This document shows, one piece after another, positions 47,035 to 57,323 of a stretch of DNA of 64,000 nt (the stretch's first letter is position 1; each line of letters opens with the position of its first letter). The position numbers were made by a program, and so were the translations under genes. Below the pieces are notes generated by a model. The model made no database searches, was not told where the DNA came from, and worked only from the letters and a program-made list of their open reading frames with translations. The DNA is from Candidatus Latescibacterota bacterium. GTDB lineage: Bacteria > Latescibacterota > UBA2968 > UBA8231. Location: NCBI GenBank assembly GCA_965248355.1, contig OZ252098.1, positions 992,001 to 1,056,000 on the forward strand, in the 5' to 3' direction.

Positions 47035-47098
47035 GATCAACACGCACAAGCGCAAGAAGCGCTTGCGCAAGAACCGTCACAAGAAGCGCGACCTCTAG
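47003..47098 (+). CDS. Small basic protein, bS22/mS38 (AURKAIP1/COX24-domain)-like
   Basis: MPCGRKRKRHKINTHKRKKRLRKNRHKKRDL, GAGG RBS; too short for the ORF track. Confidence 0.8.
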   Translation: MPCGRKRKRHKINTHKRKKRLRKNRHKKRDL

Positions 47099-47152
47099 TT
47101 CCGTCTCGCTGCTGGTCGGTGGGCCAAGGTTCCGTCGCGCAGAAGATTGCGT

Positions 47153-47229
47153 GGGCTATTAGCTCAGCTGGATAGAGCGCTTGCCTCCGGAGCAAGAGGT
47201 CACAGGTTCGAATCCTGTATAGCTCACCA
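47153..47229 (+). tRNA. tRNA-Arg(CCG)
   Basis: GGGCTAT/ATAGCTC acceptor, anticodon arm CTTGC-CTCCGGA-GCAAG, GGTTCGAATCC, CCA. Confidence 0.96.
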
Positions 47230-47237
47230 TCGCCGGT

Positions 47238-47314
<77 letters not shown>

Positions 47315-47423
47315 TTTTCTTGCCAGTTCGCCGGGCCTCGGCGGTTCCTTCGGGAATCTCCCGAGGCCTGCATCTCATTGGCGCCGGGTGTCGGCACCCC
47401 AATGTCGACCCGAGCGCTTGCGT

Positions 47424-47501
47424 CGGGGTGTAGCGCAGTCCGGTTAGCGCACCTGCTTCGGGAGCAGGGGGTCGGCGGTTCGAATCCGCCCACCCCGACC
47501 A
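47424..47501 (+). tRNA. tRNA-Pro(CGG)
   Basis: CGGGGTG/CACCCCG acceptor, CCTGC-TTCGGGA-GCAGG, GGTTCGAATCC, CCA. Confidence 0.96.
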
Positions 47502-47571
47502 CCCCCTAGGACCCGCAGATCGCCCTCCAAGAAGCGGCCCCGGGGGGCTGATCGCCTTTCCTTCCCTACGC

Positions 47572-48537
47572 GTGACCCGTCAGGCACGAAGCATCGTAAT
47601 CGTCGGTCCGACCGCGGTTGGCAAGACCGACTTGGCCTTGGAGCTTGCGGAGTCCATTGGAGGTGAGGTCGTCTCCATCGACTCACGACAGGTCTATCGG
47701 AGTCTGGACATCGGTACTGCCAAACCGACAGCTGAGCAGCGTCGCCGGGTCCGCCATCACATGATCGACCTCATCGACCCGACCCAAATCTATAGCGCCG
47801 GGCGCTTCGGGGCACTGGCTAGAGAGAGAGTAAAACGCCTTGAGGTCAAAGGCCTTACGCCTCTCATTGTGGGCGGTTCAGGACTCTATCTGTCAGCGAC
47901 GATCGACGGACTCTTCGTGGCGCCCCCGACGGATCGTTCCCTTCGTGCCAGGATGGCAGCTCGCCTCAAGGACGAAGGAGCCGAAGCCCTGGTCGCCGAG
48001 TTGCGCCGCCTGGATCCGGCTGCAGCCAGCGATATAGAGCCCGGGGATGGAATCCGTCTGCTCCGAGCTCTCGAGCTGGTCCTGGCCGATGGCCGTCAAC
48101 GGGCGGAAAGGTGGGAGGCGGATGGGGTCCACGGGTTGAGAAAGATGCCGATGATGATCTGTCTTACCCGGGCGCGGGAGAGCCTGTACGAGCGTATCCA
48201 CAGGCGCAGCGTGGCCATGTTCAATGCGGGGTGGCCGGAGGAAGTGGCGAAACTGCTGGCCGACGGCCTCGATCCCGGCGCCGCGGGACTCCAGAGCCTG
48301 GGCTATGCCGAGGTCGTAGACCACTTGGTCGCTGGTCTCCCGAGAGAGCGGGCGATCGAGGCCATCCAGCGCAGGACGCGAGGATTCGCAAAGAGACAGA
48401 TGACCTGGTTCCGGCGCGACCGCCGCCTGCGCTGGCTGGATCTGGATCGGCTTGGCCGCAACGGGGCCAAAGATCGTATTCTGCGCCAATGGGAGGCTAT
48501 CGGGATCTCTGGTGACGCCATTGACACTGGAAGTTAG
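47572..48537 (+). CDS. miaA: tRNA dimethylallyltransferase
   Basis: GPTAVGKT, DSRQVY, DIGTAKP, VGGSGLY, AKRQMTWFR. Confidence 0.96.
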   Translation: MTRQARSIVIVGPTAVGKTDLALELAESIGGEVVSIDSRQVYRSLDIGTAKPTAEQRRRVRHHMIDLIDPTQIYSAGRFGALARERVKRLEVKGLTPLIVGGSGLYLSATIDGLFVAPPTDRSLRARMAARLKDEGAEALVAELRRLDPAAASDIEPGDGIRLLRALELVLADGRQRAERWEADGVHGLRKMPMMICLTRARESLYERIHRRSVAMFNAGWPEEVAKLLADGLDPGAAGLQSLGYAEVVDHLVAGLPRERAIEAIQRRTRGFAKRQMTWFRRDRRLRWLDLDRLGRNGAKDRILRQWEAIGISGDAIDTGS

Positions 48538-48549
48538 CCCGGTTATCTT
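48521..48549 (+). promoter_or_regulatory. sigma70-type promoter for tRNA-Gly
   Basis: TTGACA-17 bp-TATCTT. Confidence 0.65.
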
Positions 48550-48583
48550 AACTATCGACTTCAAGTGCGCGAAGAGGACCGGA

Positions 48584-48658
48584 GCGGGAGTAGTTCAGGG
48601 GTAGAACGCAAGCTTCCCAAGCTTGATGTCGCGGGTTCGACTCCCGTCTCCCGCTCCA
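48584..48658 (+). tRNA. tRNA-Gly(CCC)
   Basis: GCGGGAG/CTCCCGC acceptor, CAAGC-TTCCCAA-GCTTG, GGTTCGACTCC, CCA. Confidence 0.96.
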
Positions 48659-48892
48659 ATTCCTCTCCATCCTTCCCCAGCAGACCCTCGTGAACGGTCC
48701 AGAGCGGCCTCCGGTTACAAGACCCGATCTACATATGTCCCTTCCGTCGCGAAGAAGGCGTCGAGAGCCTTCCTTGAAGAAGGTGGCGCAAGCCCCCCGG
48801 GCCGCAGAGGAAAGCCCGGCGGCCGGCGGGGTCCTGGGAATCGCCGTTCATGGCGGTCCCTGCTCCGTGGCCAGGTCGCCGGAGGAGGCCGC

Positions 48893-50242
48893 TTGATCAC
48901 GGTTCGAGGGGTGGAATCCGGTTCCCTGGCCGAACGGGCGGGATTCGCGGGCGGGGACCGGATTGCCCGTGTCAACGGCGAGCCGGTAGGCGACCTGATC
49001 GATTTCCAGGTGGCCAGCTCCGAGCCCCGGCTGCGGTTCGAGGTCGAGCGGGAGGGGCAGGTCTACGAGCTGGAAGTGGAGCGCCGGGGGGGAGAGCCTC
49101 TGGGGTTCGACTTCGACGAGATGCGTCTTCGACGCTGCAACAACAAGTGCGTGTTCTGTTTCCTGCACCAGATGCCGGGCGGCATGCGCCGGTCTCTCTA
49201 CTTCGAAGACGACGACTACCGGCTTTCCTTCCTGCACGGGTCCTACGTGACCCTGACCAACGTCAGGGAGGAGGATTTGCGACGGATCGTGGATCAGGGC
49301 CTGACGCCTCAGTACGTCTCGGTCCACGCCACCGATCCCGCGCTGCGGAAGCGATTGCTCGGGCGAAAGAGAGGTACGGTGTCCATCCTCGAGCGCATCG
49401 ACTACCTGGCGCGCTCGGGCATCGAGATGCACACCCAGATCGTCCTCTGTCCCGGATGGAACGATGGCGAGCATCTCGAGCGCACTCTGAGCGACCTCGA
49501 AGGGTTCTACCCTTCTGTCCGCTCGGTGGCACTGGTCCCCGTCGGGCTCACCCGCTTCCGGAGCCACCTGCCCGAGTTGCAGCCGGTCACTCCGGATCTC
49601 GCCGAGCGCTACCTGGCCGACGCGGAGCGCTGGGGCGAGCGCTGTGCCAGGGAACTCGGCGAGCGCTTCGTCTACCCCGGGGATGAGTTGTTCCTGCTGG
49701 TGGGACGACTCCCCCCTCCGGCCGGCTACTACGACGCCTTTCCACAGATCGAGAACGGAATCGGCATGGTGCGGACCTTTCTCGACTGCTGGGAGCGCGA
49801 ACGGGCGACGGTCCGAGGAGAGGTCGAGCGGCCCCTGCACCTGACCCTTGTCACGGGCCGGTTGGCGAGCCGATTCCTGATTCCCATGGTGGACGACCTC
49901 GATAGCAGCGAGGGCCTCCAAGTCGATGTCGTGGTCGTCGACAACGACTTCTTCGGTCCCGGCATCACGGTCTCCGGACTCCTCTCCGGACGGGATATGG
50001 CCAAGGCGCTGCGCGGCGGTCCCTGGGGCTTGGCGGTGCTTCCTCCCAACGCCGTCAACGGCGACGGAGTAACCCTCGACGATCTGACCGTAGCGGAGAT
50101 CGAGGCGGCCGCCGGCATGCCCGTGACGGTAGGAGAGTATGACCTGGCCGCCACCCTCCGCCGGTGCGTGGATCAGGAGAGCGTGGCTCGTGGGCGCGGA
50201 CGTCAGCTCTCGGAACTCGGGTTCTACGTCGGCCGCAAGTGA
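48893..50242 (+). CDS. PDZ + radical-SAM-like + DUF512 Fe-S protein
   Basis: N-terminal PDZ (GSLAERAG..GDRI), CNNKCVFC, DDDYRLSFL.G.YVTLTN, QIENGIGM, TVSGLL. Confidence 0.88.
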   Translation: MITVRGVESGSLAERAGFAGGDRIARVNGEPVGDLIDFQVASSEPRLRFEVEREGQVYELEVERRGGEPLGFDFDEMRLRRCNNKCVFCFLHQMPGGMRRSLYFEDDDYRLSFLHGSYVTLTNVREEDLRRIVDQGLTPQYVSVHATDPALRKRLLGRKRGTVSILERIDYLARSGIEMHTQIVLCPGWNDGEHLERTLSDLEGFYPSVRSVALVPVGLTRFRSHLPELQPVTPDLAERYLADAERWGERCARELGERFVYPGDELFLLVGRLPPPAGYYDAFPQIENGIGMVRTFLDCWERERATVRGEVERPLHLTLVTGRLASRFLIPMVDDLDSSEGLQVDVVVVDNDFFGPGITVSGLLSGRDMAKALRGGPWGLAVLPPNAVNGDGVTLDDLTVAEIEAAAGMPVTVGEYDLAATLRRCVDQESVARGRGRQLSELGFYVGRK

Positions 50243-51642
50243 CGCCTTCGGCACCCACCAGGACGGGCATTCTTCCCGTCGCCCCGGAGGGTCCGGTCGT
50301 GGCTATCGTGGGCCGGCCGAACGTCGGCAAGTCCACACTCTTCAACCGCCTCACCGGCACCCGGCGGGCCATCACCGACGACCAGCCCGGTGTCACCCGC
50401 GACCGGATTCACGGTATCGCCGAATGGGGAGGCCATCGATTCACCCTCGTCGACACCGGCGGTTACGTCCCCCGTTCGGACGGCATCGAAGGCGAGGTAC
50501 GATGGCAGGCGGAGAAGGCCCTGGAGGAAGCGGATCTCGTGCTGCTGGTCTGCGACGCGGCGGAAGGGGTCTCGGGTGCCGACCGGGAGGTGGCCGATCT
50601 CTTGCGGCGGCGCGGCATCCGTTGCCTTCTGGTAGTCAACAAGGTCGATCATCCGGATCCCTACCGGTACGACATGGGGGAGTTCTTTGGACTCGGCCTC
50701 GGGGATCCCCATCCCGTCTCGGGCGCCACGGGGCGCCGCTCCGGCGATCTGCTCGACGCGATCGTCGCCGGGTTCGACCCCGCCGGCCCGCCCCCAGTGG
50801 ACCCGCGGCCCGAGGTGCGCCTCGTCCTCTCCGGCCGGCCGAACGTGGGCAAGTCGACGCTCATCAACCGGCTGTGCGGAGAGCGCGTTTCCATCGTCCA
50901 CGAGCAACCCGGCACGACACGCGACTCCACCGACGTCACCATCCTCAGGGACGGACAGCGCTTCGTGCTGGTCGACACCGCCGGCTTGCGCAGGCGCACC
51001 CGGGTGCAGGACCCGGTCGAGTACTTCAGTGCCCTGCGGGCCTCGCACAGCCTCGAACGGGCGGATGTGGTCGTCGTCCTTCTGGACGCCGTCGAGGGAA
51101 CCACGGCCCAGGATGCCCGGATCATGAGCCGCGTCCTGGAGCTCGGCCGGGGCTTGGTGGTTGCGGTGAACAAGTGGGATCTGGTCGCCGCGACCGAAGG
51201 GGCCGGCCTGGCCGCCTATCGTGACGAGATGAGACGGCGCCATCCCTTCCTTCACCACTATCCGATCCTGACCCTGTCGGCCCTGACCGGCCGGCGGGCA
51301 GCGGACTGCCTGGGCGCGTCCGCCGCCGTCGCCGAACGTGCCCGCGCCCGGGTCCCCACCCCCCGGCTCAACCGGTGGCTTCAGGAGATCACCCGCCGAC
51401 GGGCGCCGGGCGGCGGCGGCGACGTGCGGATTCTCTACGCCACCCAGACCGGGGTGGCGCCGCCTACCTTCCTCCTGTTCTCCAATCGCCCGACCATGCT
51501 CAGCCCTTCCTATTGCCGCTTTGTCGAGAACTGTCTCCGCGAGAGAATCGACCTGACGGGCACACCGGTGCGCATCCACTGTCGGAGCAGCAACCGTCTC
51601 CGCCGGGGCCCGGACGGGGCGGAGGAGGGCCGAGATGAGTGA
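50239..51642 (+). CDS. der: Ribosome biogenesis GTPase Der (EngA)
   Basis: Two GRPNVGKST, DTGG/DTAG and NKVD/NKWD G domains. Confidence 0.96.
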   Translation: MTPSAPTRTGILPVAPEGPVVAIVGRPNVGKSTLFNRLTGTRRAITDDQPGVTRDRIHGIAEWGGHRFTLVDTGGYVPRSDGIEGEVRWQAEKALEEADLVLLVCDAAEGVSGADREVADLLRRRGIRCLLVVNKVDHPDPYRYDMGEFFGLGLGDPHPVSGATGRRSGDLLDAIVAGFDPAGPPPVDPRPEVRLVLSGRPNVGKSTLINRLCGERVSIVHEQPGTTRDSTDVTILRDGQRFVLVDTAGLRRRTRVQDPVEYFSALRASHSLERADVVVVLLDAVEGTTAQDARIMSRVLELGRGLVVAVNKWDLVAATEGAGLAAYRDEMRRRHPFLHHYPILTLSALTGRRAADCLGASAAVAERARARVPTPRLNRWLQEITRRRAPGGGGDVRILYATQTGVAPPTFLLFSNRPTMLSPSYCRFVENCLRERIDLTGTPVRIHCRSSNRLRRGPDGAEEGRDE

Positions 51643-52084
51643 GAGGAAGCCGGACATCGGCACGAAGCTGTACTACAGCATCGGCGAAGTGGCCGAACTC
51701 ACCGAATTGCCGCCATACACCCTGAGGTCCTGGGAGAAGGAATTCCCCTGGCTGCGCCCCAAGCGGGTGCGCGGAAAGAACCGTGCCTACCGCCCCCGAG
51801 ACATCGGTATCGTCCTGCTGATCAAGCGGCTCCTTCACGAAGAGCGCTATTCGACGATGGGCGCCCTCCAGAAGCTTCGTAACGAGCCGGAACTGATCCA
51901 GGGCGCTGGCCACCAAGCCCTCGTCGGCGAGGGTGCCCCAAACCGCCCCCCCCGCCCTGCCGCCAGGCCCCCGGCGGAGGGCCACGAATCCCCCGAGGCC
52001 GAGGGGGCCGGGGAGGTGCCGTCGAGCGCCCTGCTCCGCGAAGTTCTGGTGGAGCTGCGGGAGATCGCAGGGTTGCTTGGGTAA
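51635..52084 (+). CDS. MerR family transcriptional regulator
   Basis: YYSIGEVAE, TLRSWEKEF, NRAY. Confidence 0.88.
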   Translation: MSERKPDIGTKLYYSIGEVAELTELPPYTLRSWEKEFPWLRPKRVRGKNRAYRPRDIGIVLLIKRLLHEERYSTMGALQKLRNEPELIQGAGHQALVGEGAPNRPPRPAARPPAEGHESPEAEGAGEVPSSALLREVLVELREIAGLLG

Positions 52085-52186
52085 CGCCTTCCCGGCAGCG
52101 ATCTTGCTTTGAACCGTATATCTCTGTAATTTTAGCGACTTGGCACGCTTGGGTGCCTGCCTCTCTCAGTTGGGGAACTGGATGCC

Positions 52187-52675
52187 ATGGCCGAGACAGA
52201 GGCCACCGACCAACGGGCGATCCGATCAGTGGAGCCGGAGGGGTTGCGTCCGCTCCTGTTTGATCTCGCCGAGCCCGTCGTGGCCGATCACGGCGCCGAG
52301 CTCGTCGATGTCGAGGTCTCCGGGTCGGGTAGTTTCAACGTTCGCCTGTCGGTCTATCGAGAGTCGGGTGTCACCGCCGATCTCTGCGAAGCCATCTCCC
52401 GGGAGCTCTCCGATCTCCTCGACATCGAGGATCCCGTCCCTGGACGCTATCGGCTGGAGGTGACTTCGCCCGGCCTCGAGAGGCCCCTGAGGACCGACGC
52501 CGACTTTCGCCGCGCCCACCGGCGCAGGCTCAAGGTCCTCACCTGGGACGGTCGTACCGAGTTCGGCCGCCTCGCCGGTGTTACGGAGACGTCGATCGAA
52601 CTGGATCGCGACGAGGGTCCGCGTTGCGTTGACCGTAGCGACATTTCGCGGGCCACCATCGAAGTGGAATTCTGA
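52187..52675 (+). CDS. rimP: Ribosome maturation factor RimP
   Basis: CEAISRELS.LLD.EDP, YRLEVTSPGLERPL; precedes nusA. Confidence 0.93.
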   Translation: MAETEATDQRAIRSVEPEGLRPLLFDLAEPVVADHGAELVDVEVSGSGSFNVRLSVYRESGVTADLCEAISRELSDLLDIEDPVPGRYRLEVTSPGLERPLRTDADFRRAHRRRLKVLTWDGRTEFGRLAGVTETSIELDRDEGPRCVDRSDISRATIEVEF

Positions 52676-52685
52676 ACGGAGCGGG

Positions 52686-54185
52686 ATGAACGCGGAGTTC
52701 AACATCATCGAGGCCCTGGGGCAGATCGCGCGCGAAAAGAACGTCGACCGCGAGATGGTTATTCAGACCTTGGCCGACGCCCTCGTCTCGGCTGCCAAGA
52801 AGCGCTACGGCAACGTGGACAACTTCGAGGTCCAGACCGATTCGGCAACTGGTCGCATGCGAGTGGTCGCCCGCAAGACCGTTGTAGAAGAGGTCAGTGT
52901 GCCCGAGTTGGAGATCGACATCGAGGAGGCGCGCGGAATCGATCACCAGGCCCAGATTGGCTCGGTGGTCTTCGCGGAATTGAACTTGGCGGACTTTGGC
53001 CGCAACGCCATCCAGACGGCCAAGCAGATCCTGGTCCAGCGGGTGCGCGAGGCCGAGCGCGAGCACATCTACGAGGAGTTCGCCAGTCGCATCGGAAAGA
53101 TCGAGTCCGGCACGGTGCAGCAGATCAGCCACGGCGACATCATCATGAATCTCGGGCGGGCCGAAGCGGGCGTTCCCCTCAAGGAGCAGATCCGGCGCGA
53201 GCGCTACCGTCAGGGCGACACGGTGCGCGGCTACATCTTCGAGATCCTCAAGTCCACCCGTGGTCCCCAGGTCTTGCTGTCGCGGACCCATCCGGAGTTC
53301 CTGCGCAAGCTGTTCTCCCTCGAGGTTCCGGAGATCGCCGAAGGGATCGTGACCATTCACGCCGTCGCCCGCGAACCGGGCGAGCGGGCCAAGATCGCGG
53401 TGAGTTCGAACGATGAACGCGTGGACCCGGTCGGTGCCTGCGTGGGCGTCAAGGGGTCGAGGGTGCAGGCCGTCGTCCGCGAGCTGTCCGGAGAGCGGAT
53501 CGACATCGTGCCCTGGATCGACGAGGCCGACATCTTCATCTCCCGGGCCTTGGGCCCGGCGACGGTTTCCCGTGTCATCACCGACGATCGACGTCACCAC
53601 GCTCAGGTCATTGTGGAAGAGGAGCAGCTGTCCCTCGCCATCGGCAAGTCCGGACAGAACTCCCGGCTGGCCGTTCAGCTCACTGGCTGGGGCCTGGACA
53701 TCATCACCGAAGAGGAGTATCAGCGCCGCCTCCGCCGACTGGAAGAGAGCAAGGTGGAGTTGCGGCACCTCGAGGGTGTCAGCGAGCTCATCTCCCTCAG
53801 TCTCGCCACGTCCGGCTTCATCTCCATCCGGGGCATTGCCCAGGCCGAGGTCGAGATGCTGCGCACCGTGCCCGGTCTGGAAGGAGAGGATCAGGCGGCA
53901 CGACTGAGAGAGTTGGCCCTGGCCTATGTGGAGCAGGCGGAGGTCTCCGGCGAGGAATTGAGGCCTGCCTCACTCGAAGAGTTGGAGTCCGCCGAGCGAG
54001 CCGCTGTCGAGGCCAGGGACGCCCTGCTGGCGGAGGAGGACCAGGCGGAGACCGCTGCCGCGGCGACGGCAGTGGAGGGTGGTGACGAAGACAGATCGGC
54101 CGGGGGCGAAGCCGTGAGCGCCGCCTCCGGTGACGTCGAGGCGCCCAGCCCCGACTCCGCAATCGAAAACGACTTGACCGGTTAG
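52686..54185 (+). CDS. nusA: Transcription termination factor NusA
   Basis: FGRNAIQTAKQ, LSRTHP, EVPEI, AREPGERAK, DPVGACVG, SLAIGKSGQN. Confidence 0.97.
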   Translation: MNAEFNIIEALGQIAREKNVDREMVIQTLADALVSAAKKRYGNVDNFEVQTDSATGRMRVVARKTVVEEVSVPELEIDIEEARGIDHQAQIGSVVFAELNLADFGRNAIQTAKQILVQRVREAEREHIYEEFASRIGKIESGTVQQISHGDIIMNLGRAEAGVPLKEQIRRERYRQGDTVRGYIFEILKSTRGPQVLLSRTHPEFLRKLFSLEVPEIAEGIVTIHAVAREPGERAKIAVSSNDERVDPVGACVGVKGSRVQAVVRELSGERIDIVPWIDEADIFISRALGPATVSRVITDDRRHHAQVIVEEEQLSLAIGKSGQNSRLAVQLTGWGLDIITEEEYQRRLRRLEESKVELRHLEGVSELISLSLATSGFISIRGIAQAEVEMLRTVPGLEGEDQAARLRELALAYVEQAEVSGEELRPASLEELESAERAAVEARDALLAEEDQAETAAAATAVEGGDEDRSAGGEAVSAASGDVEAPSPDSAIENDLTG

Positions 54186-54204
54186 TCAATCGAGGAAGCA
54201 CTAT

Positions 54205-56637
54205 TTGGAAAAGCGCAGGGTATATCAGGTAGCGAAGGAGAAGAAGCTCTCCAGCGACGCCCTCATCTCCATGCTGAAAGGGATGGGGCAGGAGGTGAGG
54301 AGCCACATGAGTGTGGTGACGCCCGAGATGCTGGAGGCGATCACCAAGAAGATCGATGAGGAGAAGCGGTCCTCCATCGAGGAGGTGCAGCGCCAGAAGG
54401 TCAAGGAGACCCAGCGAAAGGCCGAGGCCCGAGCCGGGCGGCAACCTCAGGATACCAAGGAGGAGAGCAAGCCGCGGGACAGCCGTACCTCGCAGCGTCG
54501 AGCCGATCCGATCGCACGCCCGGGGATGCCCGCCCCAGCGCCGGATCGTCCGGACGATGGTCGTCGTCGCAAGCGACGGGGGGGCAAGGTCGACGAGGAG
54601 ATGCTCAACGAGCTCCGCGAGACCCATACCGCCGATCGGCCTGCCGAGAAGACCTCCGCCACCCCCTCCTCCACCCCCTCCTCCGGCCCCGATGTCAGCG
54701 GCCGCTGGCGAGCCGGCGGCGGCCGCCAGCGGCGCCGCAAGCAGGTCGACTCGCAGGCCGTGCAGGAGAGCGTCCGGAAAACGCTGAGCCAAATCAGCGA
54801 AGGCCGCACGCGTCGGCGCTACGACCGTTCGCGCGACGAGGGAGGCGAGGAGGCCGGGCTGGAGGAGGCGCAGATCCTCCATATCAACGAATTCGCCACG
54901 GTCGGCGAGCTGGCGGAGGCCATGCATGTCCGGCCGGCTGAAGTAATCGCCGTCTGCCTGCATCTGGGCGTGGTCGTGACCATCAACCAACGCCTGGACA
55001 TGGACACCATGGTGACCGTGGCCGACGAGTTCGGCTACGAGCTCAAGCGCCTGGAAGCGGCCGAAGAAGAGGCGGATCTGGACTTCGCCCACGACGGTCT
55101 GGTCGACGAGGGAGATGTGGGAGAGCCAGCGCCGCGTCCGCCCGTGGTCACCGTCATGGGACACGTGGACCACGGCAAGACCTCCCTGCTCGACTACCTG
55201 CGCAAGACCAACGTCGTCAAGGGCGAGTCCGGGGGCATCACCCAGCACATCGGGGCCTACTCAGTGCGCCTCTCCAGCGGCCGATCGATCACTTTCCTCG
55301 ACACGCCCGGCCACGCCGCCTTCACCGCCATGCGGGCCCGCGGTGCCCGGATCACGGACCTCGTCATCCTCATCGTCGCTGCCGACGACAGCGTGATGCC
55401 GCAGACGATCGAAGCGATCGACCACGCGCGAGCGGCTCAGGTGCCGATTGTGGTGGCCATCAACAAGACCGATCTGCCCACGGCCGATCCAGAGCGGATC
55501 AAACGCGAGCTGGCCGAGCATCAGGTTCTCGTCGAGGGGTGGGGGGGGCAGGTCTCCTGCGCCGAGATATCCGCCACGACCGGCACGGGAATCGACCAAC
55601 TCCTCGAATCGGTGCTGCTCGAGGCGGAGGTTCTGGAGTTGGAGGCTTTCCCGCAGAGACGCGCCAATGGCACCGTCGTCGAGGGCCAGCTCGACAGGGG
55701 ACGCGGCGCCGTAGCCACCGTTCTCGTCCAGGATGGCACCCTGAACCAGGGCGACCCCTTTGTAACCGGCATGTACGGAGGCCGGGTACGGGCGCTGATG
55801 GACGAGCAGAATGCACGCCTGAAGTCGGTGGGCCCGGGTACACCGGTGCAAGTCCTCGGGTTGAGCGGGGTACCCCAGGCGGGCGACACCTTCGCCGTGG
55901 TCCCCTCCGAGCGCGATGCCAAGGCCATCGTCGCCGGGCGCCAGCAGATCAAGCGCGAGCAGGACGCCCGCCAGAGGAGCCTGACCCTCGGCGACCTGCA
56001 GCACCAGATACAGGAAGGCCGCATCAAGGATCTCAACGTCGTGGTCAAGGGCGACGTGGACGGCTCGGTGGAGGCCATCACCCAGGAGCTGGGGGGCATC
56101 ACCCACGAGGAGGTGCGCATCGCCGTCATTCACGCGGCGGTGGGGCCCGTATCCGACAACGACGTCATGCTGGCCTCGGCCTCCGGGGCGGTGATCATCG
56201 CCTTCCACGTGGACATCGACAACTCCGCCCGCGCCACGGCCGAGAACAGCGGCGTCGAGGTCCGGGAGTACAGCGTGATCTACGAGGTCGTGGCGGAGTT
56301 GAGGGCCGCCCTGTCCGGCCTGCTCTCTCCAAGTCTCGAGGAGCGCATCGTCGGCACGGTCGAGGTCCGCCAAGTGTTCGAATCTTCCCGCGCCGGCAAC
56401 ATCGCCGGATGCTACGTGCAGGACGGCCGCATCGCCCGCAGCAGCAAGGTCCGGCTGCGCCGCGAGCAGGAGATCCTCTGGGAGGGCCGAATCTCGTCTT
56501 TGCGCCGTTTCAAGGATGACGTGCGTGAGGTGCTCGAGGGGTTCGAATGCGGCATCTCCCTGGAGGGGCACAACGATGTCCGCGAGGGAGACCTGATCGA
56601 ATCGGTCGATGTCGTCGAAACCGCGCGAACCCTCTAG
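54205..56637 (+). CDS. infB: Translation initiation factor IF-2
   Basis: [44 protein letters not shown]. Confidence 0.97.
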   Translation: MEKRRVYQVAKEKKLSSDALISMLKGMGQEVRSHMSVVTPEMLEAITKKIDEEKRSSIEEVQRQKVKETQRKAEARAGRQPQDTKEESKPRDSRTSQRRADPIARPGMPAPAPDRPDDGRRRKRRGGKVDEEMLNELRETHTADRPAEKTSATPSSTPSSGPDVSGRWRAGGGRQRRRKQVDSQAVQESVRKTLSQISEGRTRRRYDRSRDEGGEEAGLEEAQILHINEFATVGELAEAMHVRPAEVIAVCLHLGVVVTINQRLDMDTMVTVADEFGYELKRLEAAEEEADLDFAHDGLVDEGDVGEPAPRPPVVTVMGHVDHGKTSLLDYLRKTNVVKGESGGITQHIGAYSVRLSSGRSITFLDTPGHAAFTAMRARGARITDLVILIVAADDSVMPQTIEAIDHARAAQVPIVVAINKTDLPTADPERIKRELAEHQVLVEGWGGQVSCAEISATTGTGIDQLLESVLLEAEVLELEAFPQRRANGTVVEGQLDRGRGAVATVLVQDGTLNQGDPFVTGMYGGRVRALMDEQNARLKSVGPGTPVQVLGLSGVPQAGDTFAVVPSERDAKAIVAGRQQIKREQDARQRSLTLGDLQHQIQEGRIKDLNVVVKGDVDGSVEAITQELGGITHEEVRIAVIHAAVGPVSDNDVMLASASGAVIIAFHVDIDNSARATAENSGVEVREYSVIYEVVAELRAALSGLLSPSLEERIVGTVEVRQVFESSRAGNIAGCYVQDGRIARSSKVRLRREQEILWEGRISSLRRFKDDVREVLEGFECGISLEGHNDVREGDLIESVDVVETARTL

Positions 56638-56655
56638 AGTTGCGCCTAGGGAACC

Positions 56656-56937
56656 TTGGTCGTCCTGGTCAGCGAAGTGCAGTTGTTTCTGCCCGACGCT
56701 CAGTCCCTGAAGCAGAAACGCCAGGTGCTCAACAGTATCAAGGAGCGCCTGCACAACCGGTTTCACCTGTCCGCAGCCGAGGTCGGTCACGCCGACCTGT
56801 GGCAGCGCAGCACACTCGGCATGGCCGTGGTCAGCAACTCCGGGCGGCAGGCGGACGAGGTGCTGGCCAAGGCGGTGAATTTCATCGAATCCGACGGACG
56901 GGTGCAGATCATCGACTACACCGTCGAGGAGCGCTGA
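56656..56937 (+). CDS. DUF503 (YlxP) family protein
   Basis: SLKQKRQV, RF.LSAAEV...DLWQR; between infB and rbfA. Confidence 0.88.
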   Translation: MVVLVSEVQLFLPDAQSLKQKRQVLNSIKERLHNRFHLSAAEVGHADLWQRSTLGMAVVSNSGRQADEVLAKAVNFIESDGRVQIIDYTVEER

Positions 56938-56939
56938 GC

Positions 56940-57323
56940 TTGGCCAGAAGCCACCGCGTGCAACGCCTGCGCCTGCAGTTGCGCCGCGAGTTGGGCGATA
57001 TCGTGCGCCGGCTGCGTGATCCGCGCCTCGGGTTCGTCACCGTCATGGACGTGGAGGTCTCCAGTGAAGACCTCGGCCACGCCACCTTGTTCGTGAGTGT
57101 CCTCGGTGAGACCGAGGAGCAGGTAAAGGCGGTGGCTGCCTTGAACAGCGCCCTCGGGTTCATCCGCCGCGAACTGGCCCGACGGTTGACGATCCGGCAC
57201 GTGCCCGAGCTATCGGTCCGCTACGACGACACCTCGGAGCGGGCCGCCAGAGTCAGCTCCCTTCTCGATCGGCTGCCCTCTACCGGGGGCGCCGCGGCGG
57301 AGGCCCCGACGGCCCGTGAATGA
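56940..57323 (+). CDS. rbfA: Ribosome-binding factor A
   Basis: RDPRLGFVTV.DVEVS.DL, ALNSA.GFIR, RHVPEL..YD. Confidence 0.92.
   Translation: MARSHRVQRLRLQLRRELGDIVRRLRDPRLGFVTVMDVEVSSEDLGHATLFVSVLGETEEQVKAVAALNSALGFIRRELARRLTIRHVPELSVRYDDTSERAARVSSLLDRLPSTGGAAAEAPTARE

Noticed and set aside
48797..48825. GAGGAAAGCCCGG resembling the RNase P RNA conserved motif
   Set aside because: Space too short, no 3' P4 partner visible, and it is explained by a local CCGGGC/GCCCGG hairpin.
54655..54685. Short tandem repeat CCACCCCCTCCT in infB
   Set aside because: Encodes a low-complexity TPSS linker in the variable IF-2 N-terminus.
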